33,474 nt of DNA, taken from Cladosporium halotolerans (Eukaryota). The position numbers and the translations under genes are program-made. The notes under the pieces were generated by a model. It did no database searches and was not told the origin of the DNA. It saw nothing but the letters and a program-made list of their open reading frames with translations. Location of the stretch: positions 186,001-219,474 of the forward strand of contig NW_027191489.1 of the NCBI RefSeq assembly GCF_011745625.1. Direction: 5' to 3'. Positions 19,401 through 31,100 of this stretch are shown piece by piece (the first letter of the stretch is position 1; each line of letters opens with the position of its first letter).

Positions 19401-20572
19401 CGTTTGGGTAAGATACTCGGTCTTTTGCTGAGTTGAGGTCTCGGTCACCGTTCTGCCTATTTGTGAGATCAAAAGTCAGCCCAAGAATCAGCCTGGGAGC
19501 TTATGGGTGGTTGCTTGTGCGGTAGCCCTGCATGCTGGTCGCTGTTTATTTTGTGACCCGGCTGCATAGTTGGGAGTTCGCTCCGAGCTAGTATCGAGCG
19601 GTTTGTTGAACTCTCTCAACGACGGCCCTGGATTCTCTTGTGCGAGCGCCCATGGTAGGAGCATCGAGGGGTAGGAGAACTCGTGATCCCCTGACGCGCT
19701 GAAAATTCTTACCTGGTGCAGTGTGGAAAATTGTGGACGTAAAGTCACGAGTCTCAGTCTCAGTAATATAGCAGGTGGATCCTAAGCCCAATTTAGCGTC
19801 TGCCTTGCATTAAACCAGAGCTGTTTCGTGAGGTCCTACCGGGCAATGTCAGCACAGAAGTCATGGTCGTGGTTTCATCGTTGAAACGCGTGGAGTACTC
19901 ATATTGTGTTGTGGTAATGAGCTCGGTCTCTTCGCGAGTAATCGTGTGATTGTAGCCCAGGCCTTGCTGCGTGATATAAATCGTCGTGGGCGCAGCCGGC
20001 TCTTTCACAGTCTCATAAGCTGTGATCACCGATGTATGAGCTGGTCCGGCAGCGGTTATAGTTGACCCTGGCAGGAACGAAGTATGATCTTTGCCAGAGA
20101 TGTACACTGTGGAAGCAGAGCCGTCAAGGGTTACCGTGGATGCTGGCAAAAACGAAGTATGATCTTTGCCAGACAAACATACGGTGGAAGCAGAGCCGCC
20201 AATGGTCAGGGTTGAGGCAGGAAGGAACGAAGTCTCGACAGAACCAGAAAGATAGACGGTAGAAGTAGATCCAGGCACAGTCGAAACTGAAGTCTGGTAG
20301 ATCGTGAGCGGCGAACAAGTGGCGCTAGCCTCCCACCCACTGTGATCCTCCGAAGTGTAGGCGTGAGGAGTCGTCGAAGTCATGGCATTATCCCAGGAGC
20401 TACCATAATCCGAAGGTTGGGCCCCAGAATCGGAGTTCTGACCCCAAGAACCATCGTTCGAATGGCCAGGCGACCCAAAGGAGCCTTCTTGACCTCGGGC
20501 GAAGAGGTTTCGCGGAGAAGCAAGGGCCTTTCCTGCGAACAGACCCAAGACAAACAATTGTGGAGCAGTCAT
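16478..20572 (-). CDS. Secreted Thr/Ser-rich tandem-repeat (mucin/adhesin-like) protein, 13 exons, 1046 aa
   Basis: Exons (minus): 20572-19840, 19781-19713, 19456-19388, 19336-19271, 19204-18950, 18898-18759, 18703-18530, 18427-18353, 18280-18206, 18151-18077, 18018-17905, 17850-17776, 17698-16478; total 3141 nt, one stop-free frame. Each intron has a donor, a branch-like motif and an AG. Signal-peptide-like start MTAPQLFVLGLFAGKALA. The ORF track shows this gene only as fragments. Confidence 0.82.
16608..16820 (-). repeat. Ala/Pro/Asp pentapeptide-like repeat (DAAPV / DAAPAKA) near the C-terminus of the Thr-rich protein
   Basis: Translation DAAPAKASADAAPVDVAPVDADPVDAAPAKAPVDAAPSNAPVEVAPIDAAPAKGPEDAAPLDAAPVADAP; degenerate ~15-nt DNA period. 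Confidence 0.85.
17776..18604 (-). repeat. Array of exon-encoded 25-aa repeats (consensus TxTxxQAPSTxxKTEYRTIxSxxT[QE]) separated by introns
   Basis: Exon translations: TKTAFQAPSTTTKTEYRTINSVVTE; TTTLVKAPSTTTSTIRQTITSALTQ; TQTITQAPSTVFKTEYRTITSPLTQ; (VSTITKAPSTIYQ)TQVITQAPSTVLKTEYRTIASPITQ; TQFITQAPSTITRTEVRTISSVHTE. Confidence 0.85.
20060..20285 (-). repeat. Three 75-nt (25-aa) tandem coding repeats in exon 1 of the Thr-rich protein
   Basis: AACGAAGT recurs at 20076, 20151 and 20226 (period 75); the first two share AACGAAGTATGATCTTTGCCAGA; peptide SGKDHTSFLPASTVTLDGSASTVYI-like. Confidence 0.9.
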
Positions 20573-22729
20573 GGCTCGATCGAAAACAATCAGAGATGGC
20601 AACGAGTGATGGCGCAGAGCCACGGTCGGTCTTGCGAGAAATGCCTTCTTGGGTGACGGAGCACAGGTACTCAAGAAATCACAAGAGGCGACGAAGTCCG
20701 ATCTATTTGTACATGACCTCCTGTTTGCTAAAGTAGGTACATCGTGCTGTATCCTGCTGATCGATTGGCTTGACGATGCATCCGCAGGACCAGAGATGCA
20801 ATTGGTGGTGGCTGCTGACCGCGATGCTCGCTTTTCGTGAGGTTGAGCTACTCCGCATCCATACACAATGCAGGCACGGTAGAGAAACAGTCAGAGGTAC
20901 AGGGAGCTCTCGTGCGGATTCATGGCCTGAGTGCAGGAACCTGTTGTACGAATACGGTAGCTCAAGCCGCGACGCGGTATTCGCGTCTTCGAGCTCCTCC
21001 CAGCCTGCATGGGCACAATCGGCAGTCTCCCGGTAGCTGGAGATTCATCGTGGTGGCGTCACAAGTTCCTGGTAGACTTCCTGCTTCATCAGACCCAGTC
21101 CGTTGTCCGAGCTTGTCTATTATCGTGATGCATGCAGCAAGAAGTAGACTTGCACGATGATCGACCGGCAGTCGAGGTGTTTCGTGATTGCGAATGTACC
21201 TGGGGCGATGAGAAGAGTAACAGCATATTGTGGTCTCTCAAGGACGTGTCGAATGGCTGTGAATCATGATGGTCATCAAGAGGACAAGCTAAACATCGTT
21301 CTTTTACATCCATTGCCATATTCCTCAGTTGACGCAGATCTTCCATTTTCAGCACACTGTACCTCAGGTGTAACGTTGCTTTACGCAACATGGCGATCGT
21401 GGAACCTTTTCCACATGCTTCAAGGTAACTGGGAATACGTTGAGCCGTTGTAGGCGGAGGTGGCTTGTATGCAAAGGTAAGTAGTAAGCCGGACATCTTC
21501 CGCTGGCGGTTCTTAGAATGGCAAGAATGCTGCAAACGATTAATGTACCGAGTACGTAAAACAAAAGCTCTGTGTAAGGAATTGCTCTGAGCGTTGATGC
21601 AGAAGAATGCCAACCCCGCAATGGACAAGTATGGTAAGTCATACAACAGCTGTGGAGTGCATGGTCATCACGTTGTGCTGTATTCAGCCATCCGGGTGCA
21701 CCGTTGCCGAATGTAATAACCACTACTGCGATGTGCAGACGCAGGAGCTAAAGCAGTTCTTTGCGCTGTTGCGAAGTGAGCATACATCAATGGCATGCAA
21801 TACATTGAAGTACCGCGTCATATCATTACGCAGTCAATCAAGATGCGCATGGGGAGACGCCACTCCATGTACCCTTTGCTCACTGCAGCGGTAGGTCGCA
21901 CATCGTGAGGCAGACATGTGACGGCAGGCTGCAGGTACGAGCCAAGCATGCTTGATGCACATGGACGGTCTCTCGAGAGGACCGAGCCGAATTTTAGCTT
22001 TGAAGTTGAGGATATGTGCGCCGGGGATCAGCTTTCTGCACAAGATTCCAGATATCCTAGCTTGCGCAGACAGGCTTCACCCCTGCCCGGAGAAGGTCAA
22101 AAGCCTTTTGAGTAGATGAAGTACTGTTTGCATGGCGAGTCCGAGAAATGCAGGACGCCTGGCTCACGCAGGCAGAACGTAATGACCTTACGGTCCATAT
22201 GCAAAAGTCCAAAAGGTGAGAGCGTCGGCTGAGATTTGGTAGCGACGAGACTAGGGGCCTATACGCGAAAGTAGGTCGCTTTGGTGGAACAGGGCAAGCC
22301 GATGTGAAGCTGATTTAAGGCCCCTTAGCCAGATGCCAAGCATTTCCCCAAAGCTACGGCGGCAAACGCGCCTGCTGATGTGCCCCACGAGCCGTGCGAT
22401 CAGCGAAGGCCACCTCGCCGTCGCGCAACCCCCCAACAACAGAAATCGACCACGCCAGATATCCCCCTAGCCTCACGCCATACCCGCAAGCAAGCTCCGT
22501 GCCATCCGGCTCTCATTCGCCATCTGCGCCATTTGCAGCGGATTCCGCGCTCGCGACGCCCGAAGACGCAGTTGCGCGGTGGCCTTTCTTTTCTTGGCTA
22601 GAGCCCAGGCTATCGTCCGCTTCTTGTAGCACGCTGCAGGCGCCTACGGGACGGGTGGAGAGCGCCTGTGCATTGATTGCTTGACAATCGGCTGCGGCTC
22701 TTAAGAGGAACACGGTTCCTGCCGACAAC

Positions 22730-23655
22730 ATGTCCATCAAGTGAGTTCCCGCCACCTCAACTAATGCACAACATCGCCGCCACCACGCCATGTCTATCCC
22801 GAAGTGTCGGCGCATCCGCTCACATATCACTAGCTGGGTCATGCTGTCGCCTGCGACCAGCCCACCTTTCACGCCTCTACCAAACGAACAGACTCTCTTC
22901 ACTTCGCCTCCCCGCATATCACTTTCTATCACGAACCCATCACATTACCCTGGAAAACAACAACAGCCTTTCTCGGCGTCAAGCAGCAGGTGCGAAATCC
23001 ATGTCTTGAAGTAGTACCAAGAGGTCACACTGCTGACGTCGGAATCAGTGGTCTTGTATATCTCACGAATCGACGAGTAATATACATCCCGGACAAGCCC
23101 ACGGAGAAGCTCCGAAGCTTTGCCGCACCTATATTGAACGTCCACGACTCTCATGTCACTGCGCCTTTCTTTGGACCCAACGTGTGGCAGGCGCTGCTGC
23201 AGCCTGTGAATGGCGGCGGCATCCCTACCCCTTCAGGTGGCGTCGTAGAGCTGAAACTCACATTCAAAGATGGCGGTGCCTTCGACTTTCACACCCAATT
23301 CGAGCGCGTGAAGGAGCGCTTGCAGCAAGCCGTAGAAGTGTCACGCATTGATGGTGATGGAGCCGGCGGCTCCGCAGGCGCGATGAGCGGTGTTGATGTG
23401 AGCAATATCAACTCGGAAGATCTACCTGTCTACCAGGAGCAGAGCGATGGCCCGCTTTTGCCTCCCATAGCTTCGGCCATGCCTCAACAGCCAGTCCAGC
23501 AGCCAGAAGACACCCCACCCGGAAGCCTCCCTCGGCCTCGACCCACAGATAATGCTCTCAGCCCCCCTGATGAGCCGCCACCGGGCTATGAAGAAGCGCA
23601 GATGGCAACACTGCACGATGAAGCGGCTTGGAGGGAGGAGGCGGAACGAAGATAG
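22730..23655 (+). CDS. WW-domain-binding protein 2 (WBP2)-like PH/GRAM-fold protein with PPxY motif; exons 22730-22740, 22834-22989, 23049-23655 (257 aa)
   Basis: 11-nt first exon plus introns 22741-22833 (GTGAGT..TAG) and 22990-23048 (GTGCGA..CTGAC..CAG) give MSINWVML..FTPLPNE..SGLVYLTNRRVIY..APFFGPNVW..LTFKDGGAFDF..PPPGYEEAQ. Confidence 0.88.
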
Positions 23656-24520
23656 TCTGAGCTTCTTTATGCTGTACGGTAACGAAGGCACGGGTCATGT
23701 TTGCAAGCGAGATACCACAATATCTAGACAACTATGCATTAGTCTGCACGTATGAACGTTTGGGTCATTCAAGTAGAGATAGATGCACAAAACCCACGTG
23801 GGTTTGACCCCTCCGCGCACGCGTTGTTCGTACGTGCATGCTTGTTTTCGAAGCAGAGCACCGACATGCCATGGCGGAACCCAACATGAGATCATGTTCG
23901 TACCTACATTGCGGCAGATAGATTGGCTCAAGTGCTCAAACCCTATAGGTAGGGCAGGATGCATGCGGAACGTCTCACGTGGCAGTGCCGGACCACTGCC
24001 ACCAGTCTGACGCTGAGTCTGAAAGGCATATGAGATGAGACGATAAGCTGGCATTTGGTGGCAATTCAAATCAAGAGCTTATCAGCATCTGTTTTGTCTG
24101 AGAAGACAAACTGTGTCCCTCAATTCGCGAGACATCGTCTCCCAAAATCCTCTTGCACCCTCGACCCGGCCGACCCTGGACCCTTGAGAGCGACATCGCC
24201 CGTGCAGAAGGAACACTTGACTTCTGCCCAAGGCTGCCCGTGACCGCCTATTTTTCCCGCAGTCCAACACATCGCCGAGCCACGTGAGAGCCTTCACGAG
24301 GCATCTGGCAAGCAATCACGCCTCGAGGCAAACGTTTGTGCGCTCCCGTCCCCGCGGTCACAGTCCACCGTCTGGACCACCGCCGCACGCGAGCAGCACT
24401 TGCGCACGGCCCTGCCCTTGACTTCGACACACCACAGCTGTGCCCATTGACCAAGCGGCGGCCTCCTCCCCCTCGCACCCCACCAACACCACCAAGGCGC
24501 AACTACACAGGGCGACGCGC

Positions 24521-24604
24521 ATGATATCAAAGGGCGATTTCCCTGCGCGCCGCCAACGCACCCCTACTCACCCCACACCCGCGGAGTCGCCGGGCATCAC
24601 GTAG
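24521..24604 (+). promoter_or_regulatory. Candidate uORF (27 codons) ending 6 nt before the SAPS start codon
   Basis: ATG 24521, TAG 24602-24604, same frame as main ATG 24611; peptide MISKGDFPARRQRTPTHPTPAESPGIT. Whether it is transcribed is unknown. Confidence 0.4.
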
Positions 24605-24610
24605 CCCACC

Positions 24611-27600
24611 ATGTTCTGGCGCTTTGGCGGCTACGCCAGCATCTCCACACTCGACACGATCCTCGACAAGCCAGACGTCACCGTCGAGGAGCTGCTGGAC
24701 GAGAGCGACCTGATTCAAGAGCTGAAGCAGCAGAACAGCAAGCTCGTTGAGTTTCTGCGGGACGAGCCGGTGCTGAAGAAACTCCTGGATTATGTGGTTG
24801 CTGAAGAGGAACCCGAGGTGCCCAAAGAGAAGGAAGGCGACGATGCATCCAAAACTGAAGAAGACGGAAGGACGGGCGGGATCCCGTTCTTCGGCAGAGG
24901 CAACGCGCGCTCCCGCTCGATATCGCTGAGCAAGAGGAGTCGGAGCGACGATGCCGAGACAGAGCACGAGAAGAAGGAGGCGCAGCGTAAGAAGTACGCC
25001 TACGTCGCGTGCGAAGTGCTGTCCTCGGAAGTCTGGTCGATCACTGAGGCGATTATGGAAAACCGCGAACACCTGCGCCAGTTCTGGCAGTATATTCACC
25101 GCGCCGCTCCTCTGGACCCCTTGCAGGCTGGATACTTCACAAAGGTCAACGAAGCATTGTTGGACAAGAAGACAGAAGAGATGCTGGATTTCTTCAAGTC
25201 TCTGGATGGAATCGTACCAGCTATCCTGCAGCATGTCGATTGCCCGATGGTCATGGATCTTTTGCTCAAGATCATCTCATTAGAGAAGCATGAGGGCGGC
25301 GAGGGTATCGTTGACTGGTTGCAGTCGCAAGACCTGATCCCTCTGTTGCTCGAATTTCTGTCACCAGAGCACAGCTCTGCGACTCAGACCTCGGCTGGCG
25401 ACTTCCTGAAGGCAATCATCACCATTTCTGCGAATGCGACTACACAGGACCAGTCCGTCATCGGGCCCAATGAGCTGACGAGACAACTGGTTTCGGACAA
25501 ATGCATCAAGACCCTGATTGATGACATGCTACGAGGAGGCAACCCGCTTACTGTCGGCGTCGGTATCATTATTGAAGTGATCCGTAAGAACAACTCAGAC
25601 TACGATCTCGACAATCAAGTCGGCCCTGAGCCGAAGACATCCGATCCTATTTACTTGGGCACACTGCTCCGTCAATTTGCGAACCACGTTCCGGACTTTA
25701 TGAAATTGATCCGCTCAAAAGATTCGAAGAAACCCGACCTCAAAGTTGCGTTTGGCGGCAAGGTCGAGCCTCTTGGCTTTGACCGTTTCAAGACGTGCGA
25801 GCTCATGGCCGAGCTGCTGCACTGCAGTAACATGGGCTTACTGAACGAGCGTGGCGCCGAGGAAGAAGTCCGCAAGCGCGACGCTGAGCGCGAACAGCTC
25901 AAGGCCGAGGGCAAGCTCATCACACCTAGAGCTCCGTCGAGCCCCACCAACGGCAACAGTCATGAAGAGTTTGGCAGCTCAGTGGACTCACACGGCTTCC
26001 ACCATGCCGAGAGGCCGGCGATGGACGAGCTCGACGAAGCGCCCGAGGAAATTAAGAAGCTCGAAGTGCAGAACGCGAGCGACGAGGATGGCTTTGAGAA
26101 GGTGGCTTCTCCTGACGATCTTCATGAAGATGTGCATTTTGACGACTTTAACGAACGCATTGCCGAGACCGGCCTGCCCGCTCTGGAGAAGGTTGATAAG
26201 AGGCAGCCCGAGGCGTCTCCTCCAGACGCTCAGGACCCCGACATCCCTAGACCTCTTTCGCCTTCAAAATCAAAGTCGCCGCCGAAGCCCCAGTTACATT
26301 TCGACCCGCCTCCCACGCAGGCAGCAGACTCGCCCACTACGGCGGGCGTCACAGAGCGGATTGGCGGACTTGAGATGGATGAGGATACCGTGATGACCGA
26401 GTTCGGTGAGGATACCGCCGACAACTTCGACGACGATGGCCCTTCTGAGCTCGAGAAGGAACTGGCTAAGGCGGAAAGGCCGGCGCCACTCTTCGCTCGC
26501 AAGGAGACTTCGGCAGCAGACGATGTTGACCCAGTTCATGGTGGCAAATCGCCTGTTGAAGCAGAGGACGTTGGACAGAGCGTCGCAACGCTGCAAGGTG
26601 ACAACTCGACTTTGTCTAACGGGGAGCGACCGCCATTCGACACAGAAGCGGATGGCAGCCCTGTGGTCGGCGATCTACTCAAGATTCAATTCGTTGAGCA
26701 CCACGTTGTGCCAACAATTCTAGTAAGCTTTTCACTTGCTAGCGATATGAAACCCCAGACTGAATACTTACAATCATTCGCAGGACTTTTTCTTCCGATT
26801 CTCATGGAACAACTTTTTGCATAACGTTGTCTACGATGTAGTCCAGCAAGTATTCAACGGCACTCTTGATCGGGGTTACAACAGGACCCTGGCCTTGGAT
26901 CTTTTCCGCCCTATCGAGCTCAAGGACGGCGAAAGCGCCGAGATTGCTGGATTCGCGTCCACCAAGGACATCACCGATCGCGTCCTCGATGGCCAGAAGG
27001 CGTCTGACGAATCTCAGCAGAAGCGCAACATGCGCCTTGGCTACATGGGTCACTTGACCCTGATCGCTGAGGAGGTTTGCAAATTTGGCAACCGCCTGCC
27101 CCCTGAGTCGTTGGACCCGATCGTCTTCGAGCGTGTCGGGAGAGAAGAGTGGACCCAATACGTGGAGGGTGTGCTGGCCGAGACGAGAGACAAGGACAAT
27201 GCTGTCCTCGGTGGCGTCAGACCTGAGAACGCCATGCAACGGCCGATGAGCATGGGCGGCCCAGGCGGAATGCAGAGCAGTTTCAGCACAAACACTGCAA
27301 ACACTCTTGCGAGTGCCGGTATTGGTTCTGGCGTCGCGCCCCAAGACAGCCTGGCCATGTCAGAGGGCACTGTCGGCCAATCCTTCGAGGTCAACTCGGG
27401 CACCATGCTTAGTGGCTTCGGCGACGGCGACGACGATGACGATGATGAGGATATGGAAGACCACGACGCGCGGGATCAGGAGCGCAGGGGTTCTGCGGGC
27501 TCTGCCTTCTCGGAAGACGAACAGGTCGGTGAACTCTCTTTTGATGATGTTGACATGGACTATCGATGAGCCGACATGACCCTACCCTGCATGCATGCAT

Positions 27601-28702
27601 ATACCTCTTTGTTGCGCCCTTCTTCATTTGTGTTTAGTGTTTTCTCTTTACCTTGGAGGGTTTTCCTTTTGTGTAAGGCATCGGCAGGAGGACGCTGGCA
27701 GCATCGGCGAAGAGCAAGGCGAGCGAAGGAGTGTGCGAGCTTATGCATGAGGAAAAGGAAGCCTGTAATACGGAACGCACACATCGACAAGAGCGAGGAA
27801 TGCTTTCATGAAAATTCTGCAATAGACGTATCGTGGGCAAAAGAGAACACGGCCGGGGAATGATCTTTTCTTTTCTTTGGCTCGATCTTCTGATTAACAC
27901 TTTCCCTTCTTTTTCCTATGTTCCACGGCTGCTGCCAGCGCACTGCGCGGTTCCCCCTTCCGCTTACGCTGCGAGGCGCCGCCAGAACGCCAGCGTGCGG
28001 TCAGCACCTTCTTCATCCTCCCGATCCTACGCCACCTCACGGTCATGTCGTTGCACACATCACTTTTGCACCGGAAACAAGCATCATTCTCGGGGACGGA
28101 AAGGGAAAGAAACTTAAATATAGAATCCTGGAAAGACATACTAACACCACCTCTCACAGGACCCCACCGACCCATCTTCAACCACCGACACACCCGACGC
28201 CTCTAACCCCGGCATCCCACCACCCCTCAACATCCCGCCCTCGCGCGCCCGCCGCCAGCTCGCCGTCCGCCTCGCGCAGCGCAAACAAGCCGCCGAAGCC
28301 GCGGAATCCACGGACCCGGACGCCGCAGACCTGTCCGCCGTCGAGACGGCGCAGAACCTGCCCGAGGAGCCGAGCGAGCTCGAATCGCTCGCGCCCGCCA
28401 GCGAGCACGAGCTGCGCGAAGCAGGCCTGCGAGTCGAGAGCGGCGTCGGGCGCTCCGGGGGGTTCTTTGGGAGCGACGACGACTCTTCGGATGAGGAGCT
28501 TGAGTTGGGCGGAGGGGTGGCGAGGGACGATCCGAGGTTTGCGCGCAGGCCGAGCACGACGGAGGCGAAGGAGAGGAGTCCGTTGGATGATGGGGATGAT
28601 GTTGAGGAGGAGGCGGGGTTGGCGGGGAAAGGCAGGGAGAGTAGCGGGAGTGATGAGGAGCAGTTGGTGGAGATCAAGCCGAGGCGGACGAGTGGGAGTT
28701 GA
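24611..28702 (+). CDS. SIT4 phosphatase-associated protein (SAPS family; Sap155/185/190, PP6 regulatory subunit); long form exons 24611-26722, 26784-27524, 28160-28702 (1131 aa); short form ends at 27569 (965 aa)
   Basis: MFWRFGGY start, LLDESDLIQELKQQNSKL, PLGFDRFKTCELMAELLHCSNM, FFRFSWNNFLHNVVYD, RLGYMGHLTLIAEEV are SAPS-family motifs; intron 26723-26783 (GTAAGC..CAG); second intron 27525-28159 (GTCGGT..ACTAAC..CAG) joins in phase 0. Confidence 0.9.
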
Positions 28703-28946
28703 GGTGGATGAGGAGGAGAGGGGCGGGACGCCTTGCATGTGCACATGTTGTGAATGGGCCTGACGCGATATGCATTGATATGAATAGGCATGTCGGCTGA
28801 AGGGTTCGTTAGCGGTGTTGATAGATCTTTTGCGTTATACCATGTGAAGTTTTGATGATGAGATGAGATGAGACTCGCAATCATTCGGACCGAGTGTCGT
28901 GCGTACTGTTAAATCGCTCGAGTTCAGGAAAGCTAACATTGCCAAC

Positions 28947-29993
28947 CTAACACGCCTCCACGGCCGTCGCACCAACCCTCTCCTCCAACACCGGCTCAGG
29001 CTCATCATCCTGATACTCGACCCAAGTGCCCATCTTCCTCCTGACATACTCGCCGTAGACAACCGCGTCATCGCCATCGACGCTCTTCACCACACAAGCC
29101 TCGCCAGGCTCGAAGAAGAACGGCACGCTGAAGCGGCCCATGCCCTCTCCGGCGTTGGCGCCACCGCTATTCGTGCGGACGCGGTGCTTAGTGGCGACGA
29201 ACTTGCCGCCGCTGACCTGCGCGAGCAAGTCGCCGATGTTGACAACGATGGAGCCCGGGACGTACGGGGCGGGGACCCAGTCGCCGGCGGAGTTGAGAAC
29301 CTCAAGGCCGCCCGTGGGATCCTGGTGCAAGAGGGTGAGAATGCCGGAGTCGGTGTGAGGGGTGCAGCAGAGCTTAGCATCTTGGTTCGAGGAGTCGCTT
29401 GCGGCGGATGGTTGCGGTGGGTAGTGGAGGAGGCGGAGGGTGGAGAGGGAGTCGGTAAGGTAGTGAGCGAAGTGGTCTGCTGGTTTGTTGAGCGACACGG
29501 CAAGCAGAGACAGCATTGTGGAGGAGAGGGATTGCAATTCGCTATAGAAGGTTTCAAGGCGCTCTCGGGTGGGCTGGAACGATGCAGCTGAAGGCCACAC
29601 GTTGGATTCGGCGAGATTGAACTTGCGTGGGCGGTTGGATGGGTGCTGTGGCAAAGGCGCTTTGGGTCCGACCTCGAGGCCTTCTTTGAGGTTGTCTTGT
29701 TGGCCGGGTTGCGTGGGGAAATAGCCGCGGTAGGTGTTCTTGTTCTGCTTGGAAAAGGTCTGTTTGGCCAATTCCATCTTCTCGGACTGAGGCAGGGAGA
29801 AGAATTCGGATGCTAAGCCGAATACATCCTCGTGAGAGAAGGACAGAGGCGGATTAATCAAGTACGCGAAGCCAGTGGTGGCAAACACATTGTACAGGTC
29901 CTTGCTGAGCTCCAGGAGGTCAGAAGGAGAAGGGGACTGTGCAGAAAGCACACCGAGGTCGATGATTGGGAGTGAAGAGAACGAGGTAGTCAT
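28947..29993 (-). CDS. 2-oxoglutarate/Fe(II)-dependent dioxygenase, IPNS/DIOX_N family (348 aa)
   Basis: LPIIDL..GFAYL N-terminal domain; LRLLHYPP, HTD (HxD), VNIGDLL, HRV and RFS (RxS) motifs. ATG at 29993. Substrate unknown. Confidence 0.93.
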   Translation of the reverse strand: MTTSFSSLPIIDLGVLSAQSPSPSDLLELSKDLYNVFATTGFAYLINPPLSFSHEDVFGLASEFFSLPQSEKMELAKQTFSKQNKNTYRGYFPTQPGQQDNLKEGLEVGPKAPLPQHPSNRPRKFNLAESNVWPSAASFQPTRERLETFYSELQSLSSTMLSLLAVSLNKPADHFAHYLTDSLSTLRLLHYPPQPSAASDSSNQDAKLCCTPHTDSGILTLLHQDPTGGLEVLNSAGDWVPAPYVPGSIVVNIGDLLAQVSGGKFVATKHRVRTNSGGANAGEGMGRFSVPFFFEPGEACVVKSVDGDDAVVYGEYVRRKMGTWVEYQDDEPEPVLEERVGATAVEAC

Positions 29994-31100
29994 GGTGACA
30001 AGCAATCGACGGGAAATTGAGTGAGGCCAGGAACTCGCTCAACAGAACAATGGAGAGGAAACACTCACACGGCGCAGAGGACCCTACTTAAACTGCTCCA
30101 TAATACTCATCTGGAGTCTTCCATCTTTCATCATCGAGGATGTGTTACGGCCGCCGGATTTGAGTCCTCGTTGCAGCCAAAGTCCATGTGCGACTCGTGG
30201 GTCACCGGCAGACGAGTAGCCAACAGGAGGGGACAAAAGACGTATGTGAGGTAATGCAGAGTGGAATGGACGGCATCCGCGTGGCTCCAGCGCGTGGCCG
30301 AGTGTATTTCCGGAAAGTGCTCGCGTGCTCACCTGCTGCTTCTGATGATTCGTTCCCTAACCCGGGCCGGACGAGGCTTGGCTGGCCGTAGGTGGGTCCG
30401 AAGCGAAAGTGCACGAGGGCTATACCGTTGCTAAACCAAACATTAATAAACCATAGCCGCGGCGTGGACACTTTTGCTGCACCTCAGTGGATAGGAAGAA
30501 GATTGCTCACCTGCTGTGTCGACCTTTTCAGCAGTCCCGAGCTCAGCAGTCGTCTTCCAGACCTCCCAGGTCACATCGAAACAGCTTGATGCCGTCAACC
30601 GCCGCGGCATTGTCCCGTGTAATGCGTCATCCTGGGCCGCGGCCGGTCATGCTTCGTGGCAAGCCGAGAAATACTGTATAGCGAAACGGGCGGACTCATT
30701 GAGGCTTCAGTAACACCAACTTCATCTCGTGACTTTGTCTTCACGCCCAGAGATGCGGTGATAGGCAGACAGCCGCAGCCAATGGTATGTTTGAGCATCA
30801 TCAGATGCCTTGTTTCATGCCTGAGGCGCAAGGGCTTGGCGTCGCTCAGCCACTCGTCGCCATTCCTTCGCGCATCCTACTGAGGCAGTGACGATGTTCA
30901 ATACGAGAGAGCACAAAAATATAAGGTAGGCACAGACTGCAGTATTGAGGTTTCTGCTTAAATCTTTCTACAAGCTCGGAGGAAACCTCCACGTTAGACC
31001 TTTGCAATTCTTCCAGTTGCTGCCCACGTCCCTTGTCACCTCCAACAGCTTGCTTCGTGACCAGCTCGGTGGTCCCAGCTCACGTTCTGGGTTCAGCACC

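Noticed and set aside
16478..20572. CRISPR-like or transposon interpretation of the regularly spaced repeats, or a pseudogene call for the fragmented ORFs
   Set aside because: The repeats are degenerate coding exons and the spacers are spliceosomal introns; the spliced frame is intact.
20573..22729. Short ORFs (e.g. 21089-21646 -, 21607-21894 +) in the 2.1-kb spacer
   Set aside because: No coding-like codon bias, no motif, and no consistent spliced model; more likely regulatory DNA of the divergent flanking genes.
27890..28045. Possible cassette exon inside the long SAPS intron (ATTAAC, pyrimidine tract, CAG at 27938)
   Set aside because: The candidate donors I checked (27995, 28000, 28042) are weak and none preserves frame; cannot be supported without RNA data.
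27918..28884. ORFs 27918-28763 (+), 28141-28884 (-), 28178-28744 (-) as separate genes
   Set aside because: They overlap the SAPS terminal exon in other frames or strands and have no recognisable motifs.
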